From Candidatus Poribacteria bacterium (GTDB taxonomy: Bacteria > Poribacteria > WGA-4E > PCPOR2b), in NCBI GenBank assembly GCA_965215015.1, contig OZ244042.1, positions 4,192,001-4,256,000 on the forward strand: 64,000 bases of DNA, in the 5' to 3' direction. A program made the translations under genes and the position numbers. Positions 20,657 to 29,660 of this stretch are shown piece after piece; position 1 is the first letter of the stretch; every line of letters begins with the position of its first letter. Below the pieces are notes generated by a model that saw only the letters and a list, made by a program, of their open reading frames with translations, was not told the origin of the DNA and searched no databases.

Positions 20657-20788
20657 TGAGGGGTGTGCATAATTATTGTCTGAATCGCGGAGTCAGCAGA
20701 TGAAGCAGGTTACACGGAACAGATAGGGGCTCAGGTTGTGGGGGTTACAGCACGCGGAGCGTCCCTACTACTTTATGATTACCCCTGA
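20657..20788. mobile_element. MITE-like element (TGAGGG..CATAA end family)
   Basis: Left TGAGGGGTGTGCATAA, right TTATGATTACCCCTGA; 20668-20733 is closely similar to 54988-55055. Confidence 0.6.
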
Positions 20789-20884
20789 CATATATGATAC
20801 CATTTCTGTTGTTAGAAACGCATATTTTGCAAAAAAAGTCGCCTAACTGCATCGCTTGCGTTATACCAGCAAATCAATAACACC

Positions 20885-22612
20885 TCATAGTCCCAAAACC
20901 TCATTCAGTAAGCCTTCGCTTTTCCGCTCAAGTGTTAGTATTTCATCGGCAATTTCTTTGAGCGATCGCAACGGTGTGTACTGATAGAAATACCGATTGA
21001 AGTTAATCTCGTATCCCACCTTATCCTTCTTTCTGTCTAGCCAGCTGTCCGGTAGGTGTGGTTTAACCTCTCGTTGGTAGTAATCATCAATCTCCGTTGT
21101 GAGGGGGACGCGCTCATAGTCTCGCAGGGCGGGATCCGGTTTCGGATTCCCCCGCTTGTCCCGGAGGACAACCCCTGTCTCCGAGTCAATGAGCGGTCTC
21201 TCAACCCTTACTTTCGTGTAGCCGAAAAAGTCGTTTGGATAGATTTTGGAGTGTTCAGTCTCCTCAAAGTTGGCGTACAGCTCCACTATTTGACGGATAT
21301 GGCTATCAGAGATAAAAACCCCCTTGTCTCCAAGATTTTTTTTCATCTTATCGAAGCAGTCAACGGCGTTGATTAATTGTATCTTACCCTGTCGGCCCCC
21401 TGATTTTTGGTTCGTCAAGATCCAGATATAGGTGGAGATACTGGTGTTGAAAAACAGCTTATCGGGCAGTGCGATAATACACTCCAACCAGTCGTTTTCG
21501 ATGATCCAGCGTCGGATTTCGCTTTCACCGCTGCCGGCATCACCCGTAAAGAGCGGCGACCCGTTAAAGACAATTCCGACCCGACTCCCGCGATCCTCCA
21601 TCTTGGAGAGCATGTGCTGCAAGAACAGCAACGCCCCATCGGAGGAGCGAGGTGTACCGGCTGAGAATCTACCATAGGCGGTCTGCGCTTCCGCTTTCAC
21701 CGTCGCTTCATCAGACCTCCAACTGACGCCAAAGGGTGGATTCGTTATCATATAATCGAAGCGTGCTCCCTGAAATTGGTCCTCGGAGAGGCAGGAGCCG
21801 AGTTGAATATTGTCGGGGTCCTCTCCAGTAATAAGCATATCCGACTTGCAGATTGCATAGGTCTGTGCGTTCAGTTCCTGACCCAACAACCGAATATCGG
21901 CCTCCGGATTAATCTGTTCACGAAAGTAGTCCTTCCCAATCGTTAACATGCCGCCTGTCCCGCAACATGGGTCAAAGATACTGCGTATAACCCCCTGCCC
22001 ACGTAGATCTTCACGGTGTTCCGCAAATAGCACCGAGACCAATAACCGCACCACATCCCGCGGCGTGTAGTGTTCCCCGCTGGTTTCGTTGGACATCTCC
22101 GAGAATCGGCGGAGCAGCTCCTCAAACACCTGCCCCATCGTGTGATTGTCTACCTGATTTGGGTGTAAATCGACTTCAGTAAACTTATCGCAGAAGATGA
22201 ACAACCTGTTGTTTTTGTGCAGTCGCTCGATAAACCGATTGAGATTGAAGTTTTCAATGATGTCGCGCACGTCCTTACTGAATCCGTTGAGGTAGTTCTC
22301 AAAGTTGAGGTAGATATTGTTCGGGTCCGCTTTCAACCGAGATAGGTCGTACTGGGAGGTATTGTAGAAACTGGTGTTTGTCTCTTTCATAATAATCGGC
22401 GGTAGTGCGTCTTCAGAGACTTTATATTCGTATAGCTTGTAGGCATTGATGGCTTTCTCTTTTCGTCCGTCCTCTTCTAAAATGCAGTCCAACCGGCGCA
22501 GCACCAGAAACGGGAGGGTAATGTCGCCGTATTCGTGTGGTTTGAACAGTCCCCGCAGCACATCATCCGCCACATTCCAAACCAAATTTGCGAGTTCTTG
22601 ATAGTTTGCCAT
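20885..22612 (-). CDS. hsdM: Type I restriction-modification N6-adenine methyltransferase subunit
   Basis: GEHYTPR, DPCCGTGGML, NPPF, GYEINFNRYFY; ATG 22612 preceded by AGGAG. Confidence 0.95.
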   Translation of the reverse strand: MANYQELANLVWNVADDVLRGLFKPHEYGDITLPFLVLRRLDCILEEDGRKEKAINAYKLYEYKVSEDALPPIIMKETNTSFYNTSQYDLSRLKADPNNIYLNFENYLNGFSKDVRDIIENFNLNRFIERLHKNNRLFIFCDKFTEVDLHPNQVDNHTMGQVFEELLRRFSEMSNETSGEHYTPRDVVRLLVSVLFAEHREDLRGQGVIRSIFDPCCGTGGMLTIGKDYFREQINPEADIRLLGQELNAQTYAICKSDMLITGEDPDNIQLGSCLSEDQFQGARFDYMITNPPFGVSWRSDEATVKAEAQTAYGRFSAGTPRSSDGALLFLQHMLSKMEDRGSRVGIVFNGSPLFTGDAGSGESEIRRWIIENDWLECIIALPDKLFFNTSISTYIWILTNQKSGGRQGKIQLINAVDCFDKMKKNLGDKGVFISDSHIRQIVELYANFEETEHSKIYPNDFFGYTKVRVERPLIDSETGVVLRDKRGNPKPDPALRDYERVPLTTEIDDYYQREVKPHLPDSWLDRKKDKVGYEINFNRYFYQYTPLRSLKEIADEILTLERKSEGLLNEVLGL

Positions 22613-22681
22613 TCGTCTCCTTTCCTCGAAATTGAATCCATTGTGAAGTCCAGATATGAATCTCAATCCACGGGCTTAAAT

Positions 22682-22751
22682 GTAGTGCAGGTTTCCTGAC
22701 CTGCGATGCAATTGACTTACGAACAGATCACAGGTTGGGAACCTGTGCTAC
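22682..22751. repeat. GTAG-type REP-like doublet
   Basis: GTAGTGCAGGTTTCCTGACCTGC ... CACAGGTTGGGAACCTGTGCTAC in inverted orientation; related unit at 40581-40603. Confidence 0.6.
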
Positions 22752-22860
22752 TATCTATTGCGCTCCTCTGGGGCGCGAGGGTTGAGTCTATCGCCGTTCT
22801 ATAGGCATATCGCTCCTCATAGAGTGGAAGGCGGATGCCCGTTTTCTGGTTTTCTCGTCT

Positions 22861-23538
22861 TTACCCCTCCGCGGGTGCGACGCAATCAGGAAAGTCGTTA
22901 CTGGGGCGATTGACAAGGCGTGAAACCGGATAAGCCATCATCTCTTCAGGGGGGTAGGGCTTGAGGAGTCCATCCAACTGCTTAGCACTTTGCTCGCTCG
23001 GATCTAACCACAGATTATAGGCATCGGGTTCTAGGATAACCGGCATTCGCCGGTGGATGGTCTCCATGAGTGAGTTAGGCGAGGTAGTAATGATCGTGCA
23101 GGAGAGCAGGGGCTCATCGTCTGGACGGGGATACCACGCCTCCCATAACCCCGCAAAGGCAAACGGTTTCTCAGATTTGAGTCGAACATAAATCGGGGTT
23201 TTGGATTTGCTCCCCGGCTCACTCCGCCATTCATAAAACCCATCGGAAAGGATGAGGCATCGGCGTCGCTTGTAGGGGGTCCGAAAGGAAGGTTTCTCCG
23301 CCAAGGTTTCGGCACGCGCATTAATCATGCGATTGCCGATTTTGGGATCCTTTGCCCAAGACGGAATCAGTCCCCATTGGAAAAATTCTACGTTGTTCTC
23401 ACCCTTGTTCGGTACGACAGCGACCTCCTGAGAGGGAGCGATATTGTAACGGGGACTCAGTTCATCGGGGATTGTGAAGCCGGGAAAAGTTTCTGTCAAA
23501 GTCTCAGGGGCCGTTTTCAATGTAAATCGTCCGCACAT
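22861..23538 (-). CDS. SOS response-associated peptidase (SRAP/YedK/HMCES family)
   Basis: MCGRF N-terminus, RYNIAP, WGLIP, NARAET, GFYEW, IHRRMPVIL. Confidence 0.93.
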   Translation of the reverse strand: MCGRFTLKTAPETLTETFPGFTIPDELSPRYNIAPSQEVAVVPNKGENNVEFFQWGLIPSWAKDPKIGNRMINARAETLAEKPSFRTPYKRRRCLILSDGFYEWRSEPGSKSKTPIYVRLKSEKPFAFAGLWEAWYPRPDDEPLLSCTIITTSPNSLMETIHRRMPVILEPDAYNLWLDPSEQSAKQLDGLLKPYPPEEMMAYPVSRLVNRPSNDFPDCVAPAEG

Positions 23539-23718
23539 GCTAGTCTCCTTAGAAATAACGCAAGTTGCTACCTAGGGGCAATTTCCTGTCTCAACTGAGG
23601 GAAGGGCGTTCAAAAATAATACGTAACGAGTAATACGTAAAATCCTCTTCTTTACGCATCACGTATTATTCAGTGTTAATTATATCATAACGACAGTTAA
23701 TTAACCATTAAAAACATT

Positions 23719-25164
23719 TCACGTTTCACGCTTTACGTTTATAGTGTGCCAAGGTGTTGCACGTTCATAAGCATGGGCGACTTGCAGCAGCGTTTTTTCA
23801 GACCACCACGACCCAGAAATCTGTAACCCGACGGGCAAACCTTCCCCACTATCGGAATCTTTGACCTGTGCAAAGCCACACGGCACAGAGATTGAGGGCA
23901 AACCGATCAGGTTAAACAGACGAGTGTTCTGCGTCAAGCGCGGTCGGATGCGATTGGACTCGCTGCTCCCAGACAAATCATGCGTGCTCCGAAGCGGAGC
24001 AGGGATGGGAACAGTAGGTGATAAAATGCAGTCAACTTCCTCAAACACTCGGGCAAATTCGCGTCTGGCGATCTCCCGTACCCGAACCGCTCTAATATAG
24101 TCCGACGCCGATAAAGACAGGCCATCTTCAAGTAGCTCCCGCACATCAACCCCATAATCCTCTCGATGCGCTGCGAGACGCTGCTGATGAAAATGACCCG
24201 CCTCCGCCATCAAAAGTGTCAGTGTCGCCTCATGCCCCGCCTCCACAGATGGCAGATCGAGTTCGACAATCTCTACCCCCAATCCCTCTAGGACTTTGAT
24301 AGCGTTACCGACAGTTTGCTCAATTTCCGGGTGTAGGTTATCAAAAAAATGCTGTTTCGGAACCCCTGCCCTGCGTCCGCGGATGGGTTGTTCTAATCCC
24401 TCGGTGTAGTCCGGCACAGGTCGATTTTCGCTGTGTACATCACGCGAATCGTAACCAGCAAGGGTATTCATCATCAGTGCGACATCGTGAACATAGCGGC
24501 ACATGGGGCCGACACAATCGAGAGACTGCGCCAGTTCAATCACGCCGTGCGCGCTGATTCGCCCATAGGTCGGTTTCAACCCCACATGTCCACATACCGC
24601 CGCCGGGATACGGATTGACCCGCCGGTATCGCTTCCCAATGCACCGGCACAGCAGCCCACAACAACGGCTGACGCCGACCCTCCACTCGACCCGCCCGGT
24701 ACACGCGAGGTGTCCCAAGGATTGGCGGTCGCTCCAAAGTGTGGATTCTCCGTCGTCACACCGAAAGCGAATTCGTGCAAATTGGTCTTACCGATGATGA
24801 TAGCCCCGGCACTCTTCAGCTTAGATACCAGCGTGGCGTCGAATTGCGGAGATTCCTCTGAAAAGAAGTTTGAGCCACATGTGCTCTGTGTTCCTTCAAC
24901 GCAGATTATATCCTTGAGGGCGATTGGTATTCCGTGCAGCGGCCCGCGATTCTTCCCGCTTCTTATCTCTGCCTCCGCCTGTCTAGCACTTTCGAGGCTC
25001 TCCTCACGAAATACTGTAATGAAGGCATTCAACTGTGGTTCATACCGATCAATTGCCTGAAGTGTCGCCCCAATGAGTTCAACGGGAGAGATTTCGCCCT
25101 TGCGGATTTGTGTTGCAAACCGAGCAATTGATGCGTGAAGGAAATCGTCCATCGTGCCCTCCAT
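23719..25164 (-). CDS. Amidase signature family enzyme
   Basis: GIPIALKD, GKTNLHEFA, PGGSSGGSA, GSDTGGSIRIPA. Confidence 0.9.
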   Translation of the reverse strand: MEGTMDDFLHASIARFATQIRKGEISPVELIGATLQAIDRYEPQLNAFITVFREESLESARQAEAEIRSGKNRGPLHGIPIALKDIICVEGTQSTCGSNFFSEESPQFDATLVSKLKSAGAIIIGKTNLHEFAFGVTTENPHFGATANPWDTSRVPGGSSGGSASAVVVGCCAGALGSDTGGSIRIPAAVCGHVGLKPTYGRISAHGVIELAQSLDCVGPMCRYVHDVALMMNTLAGYDSRDVHSENRPVPDYTEGLEQPIRGRRAGVPKQHFFDNLHPEIEQTVGNAIKVLEGLGVEIVELDLPSVEAGHEATLTLLMAEAGHFHQQRLAAHREDYGVDVRELLEDGLSLSASDYIRAVRVREIARREFARVFEEVDCILSPTVPIPAPLRSTHDLSGSSESNRIRPRLTQNTRLFNLIGLPSISVPCGFAQVKDSDSGEGLPVGLQISGSWWSEKTLLQVAHAYERATPWHTINVKRET

Positions 25165-25538
25165 TAGTCCTTAACCGATTTAACGGCGATGGCAGCAAGT
25201 ATACCGAACCACACCGGAATCGTCAGTCCAATCGTTCACTTGAAGTTATCTCGAATGTCTTTGCTCAAGCGAGCGTAAGTATCAGTGAGCCGCGCATCAG
25301 GCGAACTCATTCGATTTTCTACAGAAACAATACGATTTTCCATTGAGCGCATACGTGCACCAAGTGTACCAAACCGCTTATTAATCTGATATAGCGCGCC
25401 GCGCCAGTCATTCTGTTCCTTGATAACTTCCAACAATATCCCCCCATGCTGTTGAAGCATTGCACGGTATTACTGGAGCGTTATACTGTGCTGTTGGAGA
25501 ATATTTTTGATTTCTGCGATTTCAGGATTGGTATTCAT
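25164..25538 (-). pseudogene. Coiled-coil protein with C-terminal membrane anchor, two in-frame stops
   Basis: ATG 25538 with AAGGAAG RBS: MNTNPEIAEIKNILQQHSITLQ*YRAMLQQHGG...RDNFK*TIGLTIPVWFGILAAIAVKSVKD*; the final TAA overlaps the amidase ATG. Confidence 0.7.
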
Positions 25539-25617
25539 GTGCACTTCCTTTCGACGGAGCGCATTGTATCAACTGTTCGCCCATAGATCAAGGATAAATG
25601 GACAACCGCCCCGCGAA

Positions 25618-26421
25618 TTACCCTTCGCGTTTGAGGAGCTGATCCGCGTTTGGACGGATTTGCATCAGATCTTTTGGCCTACTGAGTTCGTACATAAACA
25701 CTCCAGAATACTCAATCTCATTCAATGCTCCCACAACCCCCTTCCAATCAACGGTGCCGCGACCCGGCAAGAGATGTTCGTCTTGCTCACCGTGATTGTC
25801 GTGCAGGTGCAAGGTGATGAGATGTTCGCCAATGGTCCGCAGTGCTTCCACCGGATCACCCACGATATTGCGATGTCCCGTGTCAATAACAACCCCCACA
25901 TTCGGGGCACCTACATCCGTCATAAGCTCGACAAGGCGTGTCGGCTCGCGGGTATAACCACGCGGTGTGTTTTCCAACGCAAAGGAGACCTCTCTGGGGG
26001 CTGCGTATTCCGCAACGGTGTTCAGGTTGTCCAGAAATGCGGATCGCTTTTCTGCGTGGAGGGGTTCATCAGGCTCCGGAATCTGGATATGATGTGTCAC
26101 GAGGATACCCCCACCTAAAACCGCCATGACATCCACCGCCTGACGATAGGCAATCAGCGTTTTATCCCGTTGTGCGGCGTTGAGCGTTGCGAGGTCATAA
26201 GCGTCGAATATTTCCAGATGGATGTGAAGCGAGTTAAGATGTAACGATAGATCTCTCATCGCTAGATGCAGTGCTGTAAATGCCTCAAGATCAGTGTATG
26301 AAAATTCGGGGTGATAATCTGTTAGCTCTAGAGATTCAATGCCTGCCTGCTGAAATTCACGGAAGAGTGTCCAGTTCAGGGGGCGGTCCCGATGCAGTAT
26401 TGTCGAAGCACCAATTTTCAT
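25618..26421 (-). CDS. Sugar phosphate isomerase/epimerase (TIM barrel)
   Basis: ALEN, IDTGH, LHLHDNHGEQDEHLLPGRG, YE. Confidence 0.85.
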   Translation of the reverse strand: MKIGASTILHRDRPLNWTLFREFQQAGIESLELTDYHPEFSYTDLEAFTALHLAMRDLSLHLNSLHIHLEIFDAYDLATLNAAQRDKTLIAYRQAVDVMAVLGGGILVTHHIQIPEPDEPLHAEKRSAFLDNLNTVAEYAAPREVSFALENTPRGYTREPTRLVELMTDVGAPNVGVVIDTGHRNIVGDPVEALRTIGEHLITLHLHDNHGEQDEHLLPGRGTVDWKGVVGALNEIEYSGVFMYELSRPKDLMQIRPNADQLLKREG

Positions 26422-26583
26422 GGCGGTTCTCCTTTCCTTGTTTAGTTATTTGGCTATGGGCTCTCAGCGTTAATGGGACAGTTATTTCTGGATTATTAAA
26501 TCAATTTCTGGTAAACTTTTCGCAATCACTGAACCATCCGAAGTTTCAAAGGCTTTAGAAATTTAGTGTATATTGGAGGAAAG

Positions 26584-27474
26584 ATGCCTAAAATCATACT
26601 TGATACGGACATTGGTGATGATATTGATGATGCACTCGCTTTGGCTTTTGCAATCATGAGCGGCAAAATTGAGGTGCTCGGTGTGACAACGGTCTTCAAA
26701 AATGCGGCGCAGCGTGCAGAATTGGCGTGCTGCTTGTTGGAAGCGTTAGGTCAAACAGATATCCCTGTCTATGCAGGGATTGGCAAAACCCTCCTTCAAT
26801 CCATTCCGGATTGGGAAAAGGTTGTAGCAGACCACCGTCCGCGCCAGATGGAGGTACTGACAAAACAACAGCCATCAATTCAACCGAAACAGGGGCAGGC
26901 TGTGGATTTTATTATCGACACAGTGATGACAAGCGATGGAGACATTACGCTTGTGCCCATCGGTCCCTTTACGAACATTGCGGCGGCGTTCATCTTGGAG
27001 CCGCGTTTAGCGCAGAAAACACAAATCTGCATGATGGGCGGTGCAACGGACCGGGGGCGTCCGGAGTGGAATGCGCTCTGTGACCCTGAAGCGACGCGGG
27101 TCCTCTTTGGTACAGGGGTGCCAATTACAATGGTTGGGCTCGATGTTACAACAAAGTGCATCATGAGCTACAATCAGGTCAAAGCGATAGGGGCAGTAGA
27201 CCGTCCGATTAACCAAATCTGCTTTGAGCTCATCCATCTATGGGGAGGCGATAACCCCGAACCGTGTCCAACCCTCCACGACCCGTTGGCGTTGGCAACC
27301 CTCATTGATTGCACCTTTTGTGAGACACGCGAGATGCGGATTGAGGTTGAAACGCGGGCAGATTACTTGCGCGGGGCAACCGTGCCGGTGGCGGGTGAAC
27401 CGAACACTTCCGTCTGCGTCTCCGTCGATTCTAGTCGGTTCATGGATTACTTTGTTAAAACGTTGACTGTCTGA
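26584..27474 (+). CDS. Inosine/uridine-preferring nucleoside hydrolase family protein
   Basis: LDTDIGDDIDDALAL, IGPFTNIA, EWN..DPEA, LHDPLA. Confidence 0.92.
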   Translation: MPKIILDTDIGDDIDDALALAFAIMSGKIEVLGVTTVFKNAAQRAELACCLLEALGQTDIPVYAGIGKTLLQSIPDWEKVVADHRPRQMEVLTKQQPSIQPKQGQAVDFIIDTVMTSDGDITLVPIGPFTNIAAAFILEPRLAQKTQICMMGGATDRGRPEWNALCDPEATRVLFGTGVPITMVGLDVTTKCIMSYNQVKAIGAVDRPINQICFELIHLWGGDNPEPCPTLHDPLALATLIDCTFCETREMRIEVETRADYLRGATVPVAGEPNTSVCVSVDSSRFMDYFVKTLTV

Positions 27475-27507
27475 AAAACTGATTAACGAATCAACCGCTT
27501 CAAATTT

Positions 27508-27876
27508 TCACCGGCGTTGATTCCGTTCCTGATAAAGCAGCTCCATCAGCTTGGGCAGGTCAGGGTTATCCGGTTCCAAGCGCATAACTTCTTCACCTGC
27601 GGCAATCGCTGCGTCCAACATTCCCACGTTGTAATACGCCCAACCGAGTGCCGCGTGGATAATTGCAACGTCTGGATTTAAGCGCAACGCCTGCTGATAT
27701 TGTTCAATCGCTTCGTGATACCTCTTTTCTTGAAGATAGATGTTTCCCTGTTCAAAGTACGAGTTATCGTGCCTTGTAATCGGTGGCTCTCTTGTTGACT
27801 CGGATTGATACGTTGTTCCACAACCTATGAAAAATAAAACTGATAGCCATATTGCGCGCTTAAACCACAGTTCCAT
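27508..27876 (-). CDS. TPR-repeat lipoprotein
   Basis: Signal peptide with lipobox FIGC; two TPR motifs. Confidence 0.8.
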   Translation of the reverse strand: MELWFKRAIWLSVLFFIGCGTTYQSESTREPPITRHDNSYFEQGNIYLQEKRYHEAIEQYQQALRLNPDVAIIHAALGWAYYNVGMLDAAIAAGEEVMRLEPDNPDLPKLMELLYQERNQRR

Positions 27877-27968
27877 TATAACCACCTCTCTCCACTAAAT
27901 AAGATAGCATTGTGGCTGATTTCTGTCAATCCGAAATCCAAATTTCCGTTACATTCCGTTACATAATG

Positions 27969-28156
27969 TAGGAGTTATGCAGCTGAACGTTCAACCCCTC
28001 TGTTTCGAGAGTCTTTGGCTTGTCGTTCGGCGATTGATTGCCGAGGGACACCGTTGCCAACGCCCGATGAATCGGGCAACTACAGCAAGAACTCTATCGA
28101 GAAGTCCCTCGGGCACACCGATGGGTGTGCCCTACTAATGAAGTGCGTAAGTCCTA
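27969..28156. mobile_element. MITE-like element, TAGGACTTACGCA terminal-repeat family
   Basis: TAGGAGTTATGCA (27969-27981) and TGCGTAAGTCCTA (28144-28156); internal GGGCACACCGATGGGTGTGCCCTAC palindrome shared with the 63.7 kb copy. Confidence 0.65.
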
Positions 28157-28210
28157 ATAATAAAAAGACCGAGGTAGGAAAACCTACCTTTGATTTCCTT
28201 GAATGATACC

Positions 28211-28239
28211 TTGTATTTTTCACAGACTTATGATATTAT
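28211..28239 (+). promoter_or_regulatory. Putative sigma70 promoter for thuA-recX-alaS
   Basis: TTGTAT-17 nt-TATTAT with extended -10 TG. Confidence 0.45.
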
Positions 28240-28307
28240 AAACCTGTACTCATATCGTAATTATTGTTAATGAATAATCTACCAACCTTTTATGAGGAGG
28301 AGGCGTA

Positions 28308-28937
28308 ATGGAAAAGATTAATACACTGGTGTTTGCTGGCGGTGCTGTTCACGATTGGAAAGGGTGCAGCAAAGCAATAATTGACGCACTATTGCAGCGG
28401 GATGAATTTGAGATTACCACAGCGGAAGAAGACCTCGATGCCTTGGTTGCCCCGAATCTTAATCCGTATGACCTAATTGTCTTCTATTACACGATTGGGG
28501 AAATCACAGACGCACAAAAGAATGGCTTGCTAAATCATATCGCTTCCGGCAAAGGTTATGTCGGGGTGCACTCCGCAGCTGATTCGTTTCGGGAGTGTCC
28601 CGAATACAGATCAATGGTCGGCGGCTATTTTGTCACACACCCACACTATCGAGATTATCAAGTAAGCATCGTGGATACTGAGCACCCAATCACCGAGGGG
28701 CTCGATGAGACAATGGTCACGGATGAGCAGTATATCCTTGATTACGATCCGCGCAACCATGTGCTCGCATCTGCGTTATGGCAGGGCGATGCGATGCCCG
28801 TCGCATGGACAAAAAATTGGGGAAATGGTCGTGTATTCTATCTAGCACTCGGCCACGATGCCAACGCCTGCCAACATGAGATATTTGGGACCCTTCTGCA
28901 ACGGGGTGCACTCTGGGCAGGAATATCGGGTGAATAA
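28308..28937 (+). CDS. ThuA domain protein
   Basis: GKGYVGVHSAADS, VGGYFVTHP, HPITEGL, DEQY, GRVFYLALGHD. Confidence 0.85.
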   Translation: MEKINTLVFAGGAVHDWKGCSKAIIDALLQRDEFEITTAEEDLDALVAPNLNPYDLIVFYYTIGEITDAQKNGLLNHIASGKGYVGVHSAADSFRECPEYRSMVGGYFVTHPHYRDYQVSIVDTEHPITEGLDETMVTDEQYILDYDPRNHVLASALWQGDAMPVAWTKNWGNGRVFYLALGHDANACQHEIFGTLLQRGALWAGISGE

Positions 28938-29018
28938 TCAACATAGCCCTTAAATGCCGAAATTAACGGGTTGGAGGGGGAAGTCGCCTCATAGACTCAA
29001 TCTATCGTACCTATTCTG

Positions 29019-29660
29019 ATGAAAAAACGGCTCACGGACATCCAAATAGATGAGGAAACGCCTTCACGCCGAATCCTTTCCCTTAACGGGGTGTACTTTG
29101 GCAGCGTTGATGCAGGCTGCATCCCCAAATTCGGCTTGCGAGTTGGACTAGAAATCGAGGCAGAGGTGCTTCAAAAGCTAATTGAAGCAGACGAAGGAAT
29201 GCGATCGAGGAACTACGCACTTGAGCTACTGTCCAACCAGAGTTATAGCAAGAGTCAGATGATTGATAAGCTTGGACAGAAAGGCTTTGGTCCGCAGGCA
29301 ATTGACGCAACATTGGAAGACTTGGAGCAGCTCGGTCATATCAAAGATGAAAAATTTGCTCAGACGTGGGTGAATCGCCGTCAACGTTCAAAGCCAAAAG
29401 GCAAAAAGATGCTGGAGCAGGAGTTAGCTAATCAGAGCATCGACAGAACCACTGTAGACCGTGTACTTGAAAGGATTGACGATGCAGAGGAAGCAAGTAC
29501 AGCCCTACAATTGGCACAGAAACAGGCAAAGCGTTATATCTCTCTCCCACCGCAGGTTGCGAAGCGCCGGCTGCACGGGTTTCTACTCAGACGCGGGTTT
29601 GACTATGAAACGATTCAAAGTGTAATCGGGCAAGTATTGATCAAAGGAAATGGACGATGA
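29019..29660 (+). CDS. recX: Regulatory protein RecX
   Basis: LGHIKDEKFAQTWV, KGKKMLEQEL, FLLRRGF; coupled to alaS. Confidence 0.88.
   Translation: MKKRLTDIQIDEETPSRRILSLNGVYFGSVDAGCIPKFGLRVGLEIEAEVLQKLIEADEGMRSRNYALELLSNQSYSKSQMIDKLGQKGFGPQAIDATLEDLEQLGHIKDEKFAQTWVNRRQRSKPKGKKMLEQELANQSIDRTTVDRVLERIDDAEEASTALQLAQKQAKRYISLPPQVAKRRLHGFLLRRGFDYETIQSVIGQVLIKGNGR

Noticed and set aside
23617-23669. AATACGTAA short repeats (also near 47820-47880) as a CRISPR or iteron array
   Set aside because: Only two or three short units, no regular spacers and no cas genes; probably another small palindromic repeat family.
23719-25164. Calling the amidase gatA
   Set aside because: No gatC or gatB adjacent, and only generic amidase-signature motifs are evident.
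25236-25238. TGA read-through as Trp (alternative genetic code)
   Set aside because: TGA terminates proS, recX and hsdM normally, and the same ORF also has a TAA stop.
28015-28206. 63-aa ORF upstream of thuA
   Set aside because: It lies within the MITE-like element and its palindromes.
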